Positions 38,321 to 54,384 of a stretch of 64,000 nt of DNA are shown here, piece after piece; position 1 is the first letter of the stretch; every line of letters begins with the position of its first letter. The stretch spans positions 1,254 to 65,253 of the forward strand of contig JAFVFN010000008.1 of assembly GCA_017475405.1 (NCBI GenBank), read 5' to 3'. This DNA is from Elusimicrobiaceae bacterium (GTDB lineage: Bacteria; Elusimicrobiota; Elusimicrobia; Elusimicrobiales; Elusimicrobiaceae). The notes below the pieces were generated by a model. It was not told where the DNA came from, did not search any database, and was given only the letters and a program-made list of their open reading frames with translations. Position numbers and translations under genes: made by a program.

Positions 38321-38524
38321 AATTTAATCTGTTTTTGAAACCGTCTAAGAAGCGGGTTGCTTTAGCAAAACTAAAGTTTCAGTGAGTTCAAAAGCAGTCG
38401 ATTAGGTACAACGCCAACGGAATTGCAAACCTGTTACGTTGTGCTAAATGTTTATCGCATTCGTGTGATAAACTACGGCTGTTATATATTGGGTAACTCA
38501 CTGAGCTCAAAAAATAGCAGCCGT
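38321..38524 (+). ncRNA. Pilin leader structured RNA, copy 4
   Basis: TGTTATAAT at 38296; P1 CTGTTTTTGA/TCAAAAGCAG; pseudoknot TCAGTGAGTT (38379-88) with AACTCACTGA (38495-504); terminal ACGGCTGTTAT/ATAGCAGCCGT. Confidence 0.85.
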
Positions 38525-38573
38525 TTTATTGGGTTTCATAACAGATCGCTGACTACGATTAAGGAGATAAGTT

Positions 38574-39059
38574 ATGAAATCAAATATACAAGCATTTACA
38601 TTAATTGAGCTACTCGTTGTTGTGCTGATTATAGGCATGCTAGTGGCTGTAGCCATACCACAGTATAAGAAAGCTGTTCTTAAAAGTCGTTTAGCCGCTA
38701 TTAAACCTATTTTATCGGCCATTAAAACAGCTGAAGAATCCTATTATTTGGCTAATGGAGAATATACTTATAATATGGATTTATTGGATATTGGGAGTAG
38801 TTGTTCTAGAGAAGCAGATGTAAGTTTGGTCCGATGTGATCCCTATTTTTTAATAGATATTATGGGAGATAGCGGAACCAATTTGAACTGGCGATATATA
38901 GAAGCTGCCTATTGTTTAGGCAAAAAAGTCACATGGAGCGAGTGCGAACCAGCCGATTTTTATTATAGGAGATGGTACAACTACTCAACCTATCCCAATA
39001 AGGAAGAATGTATAGGTGTAACCGACATAGGCAAAGAAATGTGCAAAAGTATAAACTAA
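38574..39059 (+). CDS. Type IV pilin-like protein
   Basis: [36 protein letters not shown]. Confidence 0.9.
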   Translation: MKSNIQAFTLIELLVVVLIIGMLVAVAIPQYKKAVLKSRLAAIKPILSAIKTAEESYYLANGEYTYNMDLLDIGSSCSREADVSLVRCDPYFLIDIMGDSGTNLNWRYIEAAYCLGKKVTWSECEPADFYYRRWYNYSTYPNKEECIGVTDIGKEMCKSIN

Positions 39060-39065
39060 ATAATT

Positions 39066-39098
39066 ATGGGCATCACAATAAGACTTGTGATGCCCTAT
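39066..39098. terminator. Terminator hairpin between pilin and atpC
   Basis: GGGCATCACAA/TTGTGATGCCC. Confidence 0.7.
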
Positions 39099-39114
39099 AT
39101 AACCAATTAAACAA

Positions 39115-39530
39115 TTAGATATGTTTCTTTTTCTTGACTTTCATGCGGGCTATGGCTTGCTTGATTTCCATCTCCGCCAGTTCAAAGTCAATATCTGCAT
39201 CTTTGTTGGAGAGCGATTCTTTTAGCGCTTTAATGCGCTGTTTTTCTTTTTCCTCGTCAATTTCTCCGGCCAAAGCAGCGTTTTCGGCAAACACATTAAC
39301 CACATCGTCTAACACTTCTACAAAACCACCCAATGCGGCGAACTCCTCTTCCTGCCCGTCTGCTTTATACCGAAGAGACCCCATGCCCAGTTGCACCACG
39401 GTTTTTACATGACCGGGCAAAATCCCCATTTCGCCCAAGAGAGCTGGTAAAATAACCATATCTACCGGCTTATCTTGGATAAGCTGTTTTTCGGGCGTAA
39501 CTAAATTCAGTGTTAGTTTTTTGCCGGACA

Positions 39531-39531
<1 letters not shown>
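39115..39531 (-). CDS. atpC: ATP synthase F1 epsilon
   Basis: LVTPEK, GEMGILPGH and GGFVEV motifs. Confidence 0.93.
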
Positions 39532-40961
<1,430 letters not shown>

Positions 40962-41867
40962 TTAACTGTTAAGAGCTTCTGCTCCGTTGACAATATCTAA
41001 AATTTCATTGGTAATACCGGACTGACGTACTTTATTTAGTTTAACACCCAACGCGGTGACCAGTTCTCCGGCGTTCTTACTGGCTGCATCCATGGCATTC
41101 ATGGTGGCTGCCAAGTTCGCAGCTTGAGATTCCAAAAGCACGCGGTATAAATTCGCCTTTATAAGCCGCGGAACCAATAATTTAAAAATTTCCAAAAGTC
41201 CGGGCTCAAACTCAAAATCACGGACCTCTTTTTCTTTTTTTACCTGCTCAAAATCAAAAGGCAACCATTGACGTTCTACTAACGTTTGGCTGGCCAGCGA
41301 TTTAAAATCATTGTAAATCAATGTGACAGAAGCCAGTTTCTCATCCAAAAAAGTCTTGAGTACCGCATCCCCCAAAAGCTCGGCATGTGCATAAGACACT
41401 TTGGGGAATATCCCCACGCTCTCATAGGTTAAATGCAAGTTACGCATTTTAAGGCGGTTCAAAAAGTCACGTCCCTTTTTGCCGATCGCAAAAATAAAAA
41501 TCTCTTTGTCTTTATTTCGACGTAAAAACGCCAGGGCACTTCGTAAAATTACTGCGTTAAAAGAGCCAGTTAAGCCTTTGTCCCCTGTAATAACAATAAG
41601 TCCTATTTTATGTGGATCTCCGCTACGGTTTACAAAAATACGACCGGCCCAGTTTTCACTGCCGTCCTCGGGTTGCGGCAACGCCAAAATATCCTGTTTT
41701 AAATCGTCTACCATTTCAAGCATTTTTTTAGCAAACGGACGAGCGGCTATCATGGAGTCCTGCGCTTTGCGGATGCGTGCATTGGAGATCATCTTCATCG
41801 TCTGCATGATCTGTTGAGTGGACTTGATAGCTTTAATATTTTGGCGTATGTCGCGTAACGATTCCAT
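40962..41867 (-). CDS. atpG: ATP synthase F1 gamma
   Basis: STQQIMQTMKMIS, DKGLTGSFN and NKVRQSGITNEI motifs. Confidence 0.95.
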   Translation of the reverse strand: MESLRDIRQNIKAIKSTQQIMQTMKMISNARIRKAQDSMIAARPFAKKMLEMVDDLKQDILALPQPEDGSENWAGRIFVNRSGDPHKIGLIVITGDKGLTGSFNAVILRSALAFLRRNKDKEIFIFAIGKKGRDFLNRLKMRNLHLTYESVGIFPKVSYAHAELLGDAVLKTFLDEKLASVTLIYNDFKSLASQTLVERQWLPFDFEQVKKEKEVRDFEFEPGLLEIFKLLVPRLIKANLYRVLLESQAANLAATMNAMDAASKNAGELVTALGVKLNKVRQSGITNEILDIVNGAEALNS

Positions 41868-42806
41868 TTATCTGTTTTCCGCTTTTAAGATTTTTACGTA
41901 ATCGGCAATCCCCGTCTCCAAGGTATAATCCGGGGTATATCCCAGTTTTTCTTTGGATTTGGTAATATCTGCCTGCGTTTTTACTTGGAAAAACGCCGCA
42001 TACGGGTTGTCAATATATTCAGGTTCCAAGTGGGTCCCCATCTCTTTGTTTAAGCACGCAATCATTTCATTATAATCGCGCGGGATACCCGTAGCCGCGT
42101 TATAGACACCGGATTCTTTACCGTTATTTAACGCACACAAATTGATTTTCACGATATCTTTTACATAGACAAAATCACGTTGTTGTTCGCCCATTTTGAA
42201 AACACGAGGGCGTTTGCCTTCTTTCATTTGCAAATACAACTGATAGACCATACTGGCCATTTTGCCCTTATAATATTCGCCGGGACCATATACGTTAAAA
42301 TAACGCAATCCAATCACTGTCATATCATGGTTTTCTTCTACAAATTGGCGAGCGACGTTATCCATAACCGCCTTGGAAAACCCATAAATATTTTCCGGAT
42401 GGGTGGGTTGTGTTTCCACATTGGGAACCGGACCGTTGCCATATGTGGCGGCCGAAGAAGCATAAACCACTTTTTTGATCCCATTTTCCGCAGCAAAATT
42501 AAGCAAATTTTTAAACGCTTCTACGTTTTGCTCCATCATGGCCTTTTGGTCCATGACTGTTGTATCGGTAATAGCCGCTTCGTGAAAGATAGTATCAAAA
42601 TACATATCTCCCAATAAAGTTTGGAATAAATCTGCAGCAATCACATCCCCTTTAAAACCAATCAGGTTTTTAAAGTGTCCGTTTTTAGAAAAGTCATCCA
42701 ATACGGTTACTTCATGTCCCTGGGCTTCCAACGTTTTGGCAATATTGCTGCCGATAAAACCGGCTCCGCCTGTTACTAAATATTTTTTTCTGTTTTTAGC
42801 GTCCAT
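41868..42806 (-). CDS. rfaD: ADP-L-glycero-D-manno-heptose 6-epimerase-like NAD-dependent epimerase
   Basis: GGAGFIGS, YASSAATYG, YGFSK and RYFNVYGPGEYYKGKMAS motifs. Confidence 0.85.
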   Translation of the reverse strand: MDAKNRKKYLVTGGAGFIGSNIAKTLEAQGHEVTVLDDFSKNGHFKNLIGFKGDVIAADLFQTLLGDMYFDTIFHEAAITDTTVMDQKAMMEQNVEAFKNLLNFAAENGIKKVVYASSAATYGNGPVPNVETQPTHPENIYGFSKAVMDNVARQFVEENHDMTVIGLRYFNVYGPGEYYKGKMASMVYQLYLQMKEGKRPRVFKMGEQQRDFVYVKDIVKINLCALNNGKESGVYNAATGIPRDYNEMIACLNKEMGTHLEPEYIDNPYAAFFQVKTQADITKSKEKLGYTPDYTLETGIADYVKILKAENR

Positions 42807-42815
42807 AAATTCTCC

Positions 42816-44871
<2,056 letters not shown>

Positions 44872-44872
44872 A

Positions 44873-45367
44873 TTATTTCCCTTTAACTTCCTCTAAAACT
44901 TGTGCCACAATCTGATCAGCCGCGTTGTCAGTAACCTGACGCCCCACTACGCGCGAAGCCGCTAACAAGCTGATAGAGGCAATCTCGCCGCGCACATCAG
45001 ACAGAGCTTTGTTTTTTTCCGCCTCAATTTGTACTTTGGCCTGCTCTATCAGTTTTTCGGCTTGTACTTTGGCTTGCGCTAAGAGATGATCCCGTTGAGC
45101 TTCACCCAGTTTAACGGCCTGTGCCATTTTTTTGGCGGCCTCATCCGATATTTGCGCTAAACGTGCGTCCAGTTCTTGTTTAAGTTGTTCGGCACTTTGG
45201 CGTGCATCGGCAGCCGTTTGCTTGTCTGCGGCAATTTGTGTTTCGCGTTTCTCCAGAGCTTCAATAATTGGTCCCCACGCAAATTTTTTAAGCAAATACA
45301 CCAAAAGCAAAAAGTTACAAACCGTTAGCGCCAATACGCCGTAATCCGGCTTTAACAAATCTTCCAT
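44873..45367 (-). CDS. atpF: ATP synthase Fo subunit b
   Basis: N-terminal TM FLLLVYLLKKFAWGPI plus coiled coil. Confidence 0.92.
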   Translation of the reverse strand: MEDLLKPDYGVLALTVCNFLLLVYLLKKFAWGPIIEALEKRETQIAADKQTAADARQSAEQLKQELDARLAQISDEAAKKMAQAVKLGEAQRDHLLAQAKVQAEKLIEQAKVQIEAEKNKALSDVRGEIASISLLAASRVVGRQVTDNAADQIVAQVLEEVKGK

Positions 45368-45370
45368 AAA

Positions 45371-45601
45371 TTATTTCATGACCATCGTCAGTAAGCAGAT
45401 CACCAAGCCTAACATCGCAGCCCCTTCTAACAAAGCGGCAATAATGATCATCGTGGTACGCAGATCAGAAGCGGCTTCCGGTTGGCGGGCAGAACCTTCC
45501 AGAGCAGCAGCGCCGATTTTACCAAGTCCAAACCCGGCACCCAATACTACCAATCCTGCACCGATACCGGCGGCGATATATTTAAGTGCTACTAGTTCCA
45601 T
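45371..45601 (-). CDS. atpE: ATP synthase Fo subunit c (H+-type motif)
   Basis: GxGxGxG, ARQPE loop, LLEGAA; start MELVALKY with AAGGAG SD. Confidence 0.93.
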   Translation of the reverse strand: MELVALKYIAAGIGAGLVVLGAGFGLGKIGAAALEGSARQPEAASDLRTTMIIIAALLEGAAMLGLVICLLTMVMK

Positions 45602-45639
45602 ACTTTTCTCCTTAGCGGATACGTCCGCTGTTATAAAAT

Positions 45640-46401
45640 TTAATGCGTATGTATAACCGATCCTGCAAAAATAGCAGTCAGCAGGGTAAACACATACGCT
45701 TGTAAAAACGCGACTAACAACTCTAAACACGTCATAAAAATTTCTAATACCATGGCGGGCAATAAGGCTCCTACTCCGGCAGCTTTACTCATACCACCCA
45801 CAATAAAGATAATCAGTAAAAGACAAATCAGTACCATGTGCCCCGAGAGCATATTGGCAAATAAACGAATAGCCAGCACACAGACTTTAATAATAAGACT
45901 CACTACTTCCAACGGGAAAATAAGCGGCACCAGCCACTTCGGCGTACCCGACGGTACAAACCCTTTTAAAAAACCAATGAAGCCATGATACTTAAGACCG
46001 CTAAACACAATCAGTGCTCCCGAACACAACGCAAGCGCTGCCGTTACAGAAATATTAGACGTAGCGGTCTTCATTTCTGGGATCATACCTACTAAATTTA
46101 CCGATAAAATAAACAAAAAAAGTGTACAAAAATACGGCAACATTCCACGTCCTTCTTGTCCCATATTAGGAAGTACCATCCCGTCGCGGATAAACGAAAC
46201 ATATTCTTCTAAAAGCGTAGTAACTAAACGCCCGGCGCGACTGGTGTGTTTGCGCGTGGCCCATGCAAGCGTTAAAATAAGAAGTATACTAACGGTAAAA
46301 ATAGTAACCGAATGGGTAGTAACCGGGAGACGAAATCCGTTGAATACCACTCCCCAATCGTGGTCTAAAATATGGTGAGATATTGTTTCAGCTACGTCCA
46401 T
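45640..46401 (-). CDS. atpB: ATP synthase Fo subunit a
   Basis: LAIRLFANMLSGH and LQAYVFTLLT motifs. Confidence 0.93.
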   Translation of the reverse strand: MDVAETISHHILDHDWGVVFNGFRLPVTTHSVTIFTVSILLILTLAWATRKHTSRAGRLVTTLLEEYVSFIRDGMVLPNMGQEGRGMLPYFCTLFLFILSVNLVGMIPEMKTATSNISVTAALALCSGALIVFSGLKYHGFIGFLKGFVPSGTPKWLVPLIFPLEVVSLIIKVCVLAIRLFANMLSGHMVLICLLLIIFIVGGMSKAAGVGALLPAMVLEIFMTCLELLVAFLQAYVFTLLTAIFAGSVIHTH

Positions 46402-46633
46402 GTTTATCAACCTTTTTCAAATCTATATTTGCTTGACGAGCAACACTGATAATGCGCCACAACCCGAAAGCAAATCCTACTAAAACTCCCCCTACCAAAC
46501 ACCAGGGCAAAGAGCCCAGTTTCCCATCTAACCAATAGCCCGTTACGGCCCCAATAATTTCTGTTAGTGCAAACTCAGTACCTAAAGAAGTAATCTCTAA
46601 ATGGTCTTTAGCACTAAACGGACCTAGTGGCAT
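46388..46633 (-). CDS. AtpZ/AtpI-family membrane protein
   Basis: GYWLDGKLGSLPW..GFAFG; first gene of the atp operon. Confidence 0.8.
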   Translation of the reverse strand: MPLGPFSAKDHLEITSLGTEFALTEIIGAVTGYWLDGKLGSLPWCLVGGVLVGFAFGLWRIISVARQANIDLKKVDKHGRS

Positions 46634-46731
46634 GGAATAAATTCTCCTCTAGCAGGGGATACTTACATTATAAAAAATTAGAGAAGAAAATTCACAAGAA
46701 ATTTTGTTATAATGAAAGTGATGTAAACTAA

Positions 46732-46916
46732 AATTTAATCTATTTTTGAGCCGCATATAGATGCGGGTTTGCTTAATAAGCATCCATCGAAGTCAAAAAT
46801 AGCCGATTAGGTACAATGGGACCGTACATCCTGTTGTACCAAATGCTTATCGTTTATCACGATAAGCTACGGCTGTTGTATTGAGCTTCTTCGATGGGGA
46901 TTAATACAGCAGCCGT
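46732..46916 (+). ncRNA. Pilin leader structured RNA, copy 5
   Basis: TGTTATAAT at 46705; P1 AATCTATTTTTGA/TCAAAAATAGccGATT; pseudoknot CCATCGAAG (46784-92) with CTTCGATGG (46889-97); terminal ACGGCTGTTGTATT/AATACAGCAGCCGT. Confidence 0.85.
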
Positions 46917-46953
46917 TTTCTGTGAATGTGTCTAAAAATAGATAGGAGAAATT

Positions 46954-47427
46954 ATGAAAACAAATAAACAAGCATTCACACTCATTGAACTTTTGGTTGT
47001 CGTGTTAATTATAGGGATACTGGCAGCTGTAGCTTTGCCACAATATCAAATAGCTGTTTTTAAATCTCGTATTACACAAGCAATACCGTTTGTAAAAACT
47101 CTTAAAGAAGCACAAGAAATATATTATTTAGCGAACGGAGAATATACAAATCATATTGAAAATCTAGATATTGATACAGGAATATGTCCCATAGGCTGGA
47201 AATGTTCGGTAAATACAACAGCTGTTAGAGCACAATGGTATGAGAATGATAAGTATATCTTGGCTTTAGTATATAGCCTAAACCATAGAAAAGACTCCCT
47301 CTCTAGAAGAGCAGGGAAATTATACTGTTATACCAAAACAACTAGTCAAATAGGAATGCGCGTCTGTAAAACTATGGGAGAAGAATTTTCACGTTCAGAT
47401 AGTGAAATCCTATATGTCTTAAATTAA
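46954..47427 (+). CDS. Type IV pilin-like protein
   Basis: [35 protein letters not shown]. Confidence 0.9.
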   Translation: MKTNKQAFTLIELLVVVLIIGILAAVALPQYQIAVFKSRITQAIPFVKTLKEAQEIYYLANGEYTNHIENLDIDTGICPIGWKCSVNTTAVRAQWYENDKYILALVYSLNHRKDSLSRRAGKLYCYTKTTSQIGMRVCKTMGEEFSRSDSEILYVLN

Positions 47428-47439
47428 AAACAATATTTG

Positions 47440-48906
47440 TTAAATACTAAACGTAAATATCTTACACTCATAAGGTTTTAACACCATCTCCATACCCTGA
47501 GATGCCAATTCTCTAGTGAGCGTAATTTCCTTCCCCTCAATTTCTTCACGTACCTTTAAATCTATAATTCCCTTAAACGGAACGCGACATTGGGACGGGA
47601 AATCACTGTAATTGATAAAAACGAGTTTACCGGTGTGACGTTGTTTCCATTGCCAAGATAAGATATTATGGCACGAGGTTTCACCCGAATACACGGCTAC
47701 CGTGTCATGCAACGACCATTGTCCGCCATGGAAAGCCGGGTCTGAGGCAATCCGTAAAATCTTGCCATAATAATGTGTAACTGCCGCATCTACTTGAAAA
47801 TCATCGTTAATATACTGGATCGGCAAACGAGCCGGTCTTCCTAAAATTTGGAACAAGTGAAATAACCGCGCGCCGGGAAGCGTTGCCATAATAGTAGCAG
47901 CCGCTAAGGATTTTTCCCGACCAAAGGCTTTGAGGCTTTCCTCTTCGTCGTGGTTGGAGGTAAACCGAATGGAGCGCATTTGGAACAAATGCTCGGCGCG
48001 TAAGTGCCCGCGAATGCTGTCTGCATTGGCAAACCGTAAACGGTCATACAACACTTTATCGTAGGTATAATCAAAGCCCAGTTCCTGAATATCCCATTCC
48101 AGTCCCCAGTATACTTCGGCAATGAATATAAACTCGGGATAATCGGCTCTGACAGCACTTAAGGCCTTTGTCCAAAACTCTTCTCGAGGCAAATCTCCGC
48201 CGATAAATTCCCACCAAGTATCACGCTGTACTTTGTTAAGCGACAACATGGCCATATCGCAGCGTACACCGTCACACATGGTTGCCACGTGCAACAGCTG
48301 TTCCAACATAAATTCCCGGGTCTGTGGATTAAAATAGTTGAGTTGTGCCGTATCGGTCCACGGCGCAAAATATGGATCGCGCCCATGGGCAATATAGTGT
48401 CCGTTTTTATTCTTAAAAAACCAATCTTTGTGGATATGCGGCTCTTGGGTCCCCGTCGTTACAAATAAATCAGGCCGTTGCGTTACAGCAGGGGAATCAA
48501 TGGCCGTGTGGTTGCCTACAAAATCCAAGAATAATAAAATACCGCGTTCGTTTAGGTTTTGGCGAAAAACAGCCAACGCTTCATCGCCACCCAAGCTATC
48601 ATCTACTGTGTATTCATACACCGCATACGGGGAGGCAGTAATATCTTCCACTTTAAAATCGGGTTTAATCGTACGTACTTGGTGTTGGATGTCCGTGCTT
48701 TCACGGGCAATCTGCTGAGCCATGGGACTGGTTTTCCACACCCCCATCAACCATACGGCATCAAAACCGTTTTGTTGGATTTTATCCCAAACTTCTGACG
48801 GAATATCGACTAACGTAACCAGACGGTTATATTTTATTGATAAGCGTTTGAGCCAAGAACGTGCATTGATTTCTAAAATATGCGGATTATTGCGCATAGA
48901 TTTCAT
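47440..48906 (-). CDS. Alpha-amylase family (GH13) glycoside hydrolase
   Basis: DFVGNH, DGVRCDMA, IAEVYW and SNHDE catalytic regions. Confidence 0.88.
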   Translation of the reverse strand: MKSMRNNPHILEINARSWLKRLSIKYNRLVTLVDIPSEVWDKIQQNGFDAVWLMGVWKTSPMAQQIARESTDIQHQVRTIKPDFKVEDITASPYAVYEYTVDDSLGGDEALAVFRQNLNERGILLFLDFVGNHTAIDSPAVTQRPDLFVTTGTQEPHIHKDWFFKNKNGHYIAHGRDPYFAPWTDTAQLNYFNPQTREFMLEQLLHVATMCDGVRCDMAMLSLNKVQRDTWWEFIGGDLPREEFWTKALSAVRADYPEFIFIAEVYWGLEWDIQELGFDYTYDKVLYDRLRFANADSIRGHLRAEHLFQMRSIRFTSNHDEEESLKAFGREKSLAAATIMATLPGARLFHLFQILGRPARLPIQYINDDFQVDAAVTHYYGKILRIASDPAFHGGQWSLHDTVAVYSGETSCHNILSWQWKQRHTGKLVFINYSDFPSQCRVPFKGIIDLKVREEIEGKEITLTRELASQGMEMVLKPYECKIFTFSI

Positions 48907-48999
48907 CCCCCCATTTGTTTTATACCAATTTTTGCACGGTATTGTAAAGTATTTTTCAAACCAATGCTTCCTTTCAAACTGGGTTCTTTGGATGGCAAA

Positions 49000-49032
49000 A
49001 CAAGACCCAAAATAAATTATTTTGGGTCTTGT
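49000..49032 (-). terminator. Terminator after gyrA
   Basis: ACAAGACCCAAAATA/TATTTTGGGTCTTGT. Confidence 0.7.
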
Positions 49033-49060
49033 ATGTAAAACATCCTGTTATGAGAATCAA

Positions 49061-51589
49061 TTACTTAGCTTCTTCAGCAGAATTCTCTTCTTCCGTTTTC
49101 ACAACCGGGGCAATACGTGCAATCTTATCGCCTTCTTCCATTTTGGCGAGCGTTACACCTTGCGCGTTGCGTCCTACGGAACGGATATCTGCACAACGTA
49201 AACGAATGGTCATCCCTTTTTCGGTAATAATCATCAGATCCTTACTTTCGTCTACGAGCTTAATACCTACTACCTTACCGTTACGGGCAGAAGTCTTAAT
49301 GGTAATGACTCCCATCCCGCCGCGGTGTTGGCGTTTGTATTCACTAAATTCGGTACGTTTACCAAATCCGTTCTCACAGACAGACAATACATCGGGCTGT
49401 ACGGAACCGTCATTGGGAGCCTGTTCCATACCAACCACTACGTCACCGTCTTCCAAACTGATAGCACGTACCCCGCGGGCTTGTCGACCCATGGCACGTA
49501 CTTCGTTTTCGTCAAATCGGATAGATTTACCGTTTTGGGTAGCGACTAAGATATCGCTCTTACCAAACGTCATTTGAGCGCTAATAAGAACATCGCCCTC
49601 ATCAAGTCCGATGGCAATAATACCTGAACGGCGAATATGGTCAAACTCTCTTAACGCCACACGTTTAATAGTACCCAAACGTGTACAGAGTGTTAAGAAA
49701 GCTTGTTCTTGTTCGCTGTGTTTTTCCGGGTTGAAATCCTCAATAGCTAAGGTAGAAGTTACTTTTTCCTCACCGGTTAACTGCAACAGGTTCACAAGCG
49801 CTTTTCCTTTGGACAAACGGTTTCCTTCTGGGATTTCAAAAGCCCGAAGCGGGAACGCACGTCCGCGGTTGGTAAACATCAAAATGGTAGCATGTGAAGA
49901 GGTAATAAAGAGGTTCTCCATAAAATCTTCTTCTTTGGTTTTGCTGCCAATAATACCTTTACCGCCACGGTTTTGGCTGCGGTATGTGGAAAGCGGAATT
50001 CGCTTGGCGTAGCCGTCATTGGAAATCGTGATGACCACGTCTTCTTTTTCAATAAAGTCTTCCATGGAAAAATCTTCCATATCCGGACCGATTTTGGTGC
50101 GACGCGGATCATCAAAATCTTTTTTAAGCTGTGCCAGTTCGTCCACAATGATATCCAAAATTTTCTGCGGGGAGGCCAAGATAGCCTGTAAGTCCGCAAT
50201 CAATTTTAAGAGGTCTTTACGTTCGTTTTCAATAGCTAAGCTAGACAGTTGCGTTAACTGGTGTAAACGCATATCCAAAATAGCTTGTGCCTGTACTTCG
50301 GTTAACGTAAAGCGTTTCATAAGCGTAAATTTGGCTTCAGTCGGATCTTTAGCATTGCGGATAATGGCTACAACTTCGTCCATATTGGCAATGGCAATGA
50401 GTAACCCGTTTAAGATATGTTCACGTTTTTGAGCTTTATTGAGGTCAAACTTTGTACGGTTGGTTACAATCTCTTGGCGGTGTTTAACATACGCTTTCAT
50501 GACTTCTTTAAGCGATAACACACGCGGCCGACCGTCTACAATGGCCAACATATTGACCGGGAAGGTAGTTTGCAGTTGGGTGTGTTTAAAGAGATGGTTT
50601 AAAACGACTTGAGCGTTGCCATCACGTTTTACTTCAATCACCAAACGCATTCCGCGGCGGTCCGACTCATCACGGATATCGGAAATATCCGTCACTTTTT
50701 TATCACGCACCAGTCCTACAATGCTTTCAATCAAAGAAGTTTTATTTACCTGATACGGAATGGCCGTGACAATAATGGCCTGGCGACCGCCTTTGCGATC
50801 CTCGATTTCTGTATCGGCCTGTACTTTAACGCTGCCGTGTCCGGTTTCAAAATATTCGTAAATGGCTTTGGTACCGCGAATCGTAGCACCCGTCGGGAAA
50901 TCCGGTCCTTTGATGATTTTCATCATCTCTTTTGTCGTAATATCCGGGTTTTTAATATAGGCAATAATCCCGTCACATACTTCGCCCAAGTTATGGGTGG
51001 GGATATTGGTTGCCATACCTACGGCAATACCTGCCGAACCGTTTACCAATAAGGCCGGCAATTTCGCAGGCAATACGGACGGTTCCAACAAAGATCCGTC
51101 ATAGTTCGGGATCATTTTGACGGTATCTTTATCCAAATCGTCTAACATCGTATCTGAGATTTTTTCCAAGCGGCATTCCGTATAACGCATGGCGGCTGCC
51201 GAATCTCCATCAATAGAACCGAAGTTTCCCTGGCCATCTACTAGAGGTTTACGAATGGAAAAATCTTGTGCCAAACGAACCAATGTATCATATACGGCGG
51301 TGTCTCCGTGCGGGTGATATTTACCAAGCACATCTCCGACTACACGCGCTGATTTCTTATAGGGACGGTTATATTTAAGTCCCATTTCGTTCATGGAATA
51401 CAATACACGGCGGTGTACGGGTTTTAAACCATCACGCACATCCGGCAAAGCGCGTCCGACAATAACGCTCATGGCATAATCAATATAGTATGAACGCATT
51501 TCGGTGGCAATATCACGTTGCTGAATATCACCGAACAAATCCACGTTTACATTTACTTCTTGAGACGAATTATTTAATTCTTCACTCAT
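49061..51589 (-). CDS. gyrA: DNA gyrase subunit A
   Basis: [29 protein letters not shown] and GyrA-box QNRGGKG; ATG 51589 or TTG 51595. Confidence 0.97.
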   Translation of the reverse strand: MSEELNNSSQEVNVNVDLFGDIQQRDIATEMRSYYIDYAMSVIVGRALPDVRDGLKPVHRRVLYSMNEMGLKYNRPYKKSARVVGDVLGKYHPHGDTAVYDTLVRLAQDFSIRKPLVDGQGNFGSIDGDSAAAMRYTECRLEKISDTMLDDLDKDTVKMIPNYDGSLLEPSVLPAKLPALLVNGSAGIAVGMATNIPTHNLGEVCDGIIAYIKNPDITTKEMMKIIKGPDFPTGATIRGTKAIYEYFETGHGSVKVQADTEIEDRKGGRQAIIVTAIPYQVNKTSLIESIVGLVRDKKVTDISDIRDESDRRGMRLVIEVKRDGNAQVVLNHLFKHTQLQTTFPVNMLAIVDGRPRVLSLKEVMKAYVKHRQEIVTNRTKFDLNKAQKREHILNGLLIAIANMDEVVAIIRNAKDPTEAKFTLMKRFTLTEVQAQAILDMRLHQLTQLSSLAIENERKDLLKLIADLQAILASPQKILDIIVDELAQLKKDFDDPRRTKIGPDMEDFSMEDFIEKEDVVITISNDGYAKRIPLSTYRSQNRGGKGIIGSKTKEEDFMENLFITSSHATILMFTNRGRAFPLRAFEIPEGNRLSKGKALVNLLQLTGEEKVTSTLAIEDFNPEKHSEQEQAFLTLCTRLGTIKRVALREFDHIRRSGIIAIGLDEGDVLISAQMTFGKSDILVATQNGKSIRFDENEVRAMGRQARGVRAISLEDGDVVVGMEQAPNDGSVQPDVLSVCENGFGKRTEFSEYKRQHRGGMGVITIKTSARNGKVVGIKLVDESKDLMIITEKGMTIRLRCADIRSVGRNAQGVTLAKMEEGDKIARIAPVVKTEEENSAEEAK

Positions 51590-51602
51590 TGTCAAAATCT
51601 CC

Positions 51603-54077
<2,475 letters not shown>

Positions 54078-54087
54078 CTAGAACTCC

Positions 54088-54384
54088 TTAAATAATTTCA
54101 ATATGTTTAATCCACGGTGTTTCAAAATGTTTATTTAATTCACTAATCAGTTGTCTTCTTCGACCTGTTAGTTCATTTTTAGCTACCGATACTTTTACCT
54201 GTACATATAACGTATCTTTTTGAACAGCGTGTAAGACCCAAAAACGGCCTTTCGGACCCACCAACTGGCTCCAGATATAATCAAGTACCATCAGTCTATT
54301 TAAATTGCGACTTAACGCGTTTTGAGCACCTGATAATTCCTGACTAGAACGCCACTGCTTCTTGACAGGTTGGCCAAACTTCAT
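54088..54384 (-). CDS. DUF721/DciA-family protein
   Basis: Small ORF between dnaN and gyrB, W..LVG motif, helicase-loader-like position. Confidence 0.65.
   Translation of the reverse strand: MKFGQPVKKQWRSSQELSGAQNALSRNLNRLMVLDYIWSQLVGPKGRFWVLHAVQKDTLYVQVKVSVAKNELTGRRRQLISELNKHFETPWIKHIEII

Noticed and set aside
45371-45601. Na+-coupled ATP synthase
   Set aside because: Subunit c lacks the Gln and E-S/T signature of Na+ c-rings (reads LEGAA).
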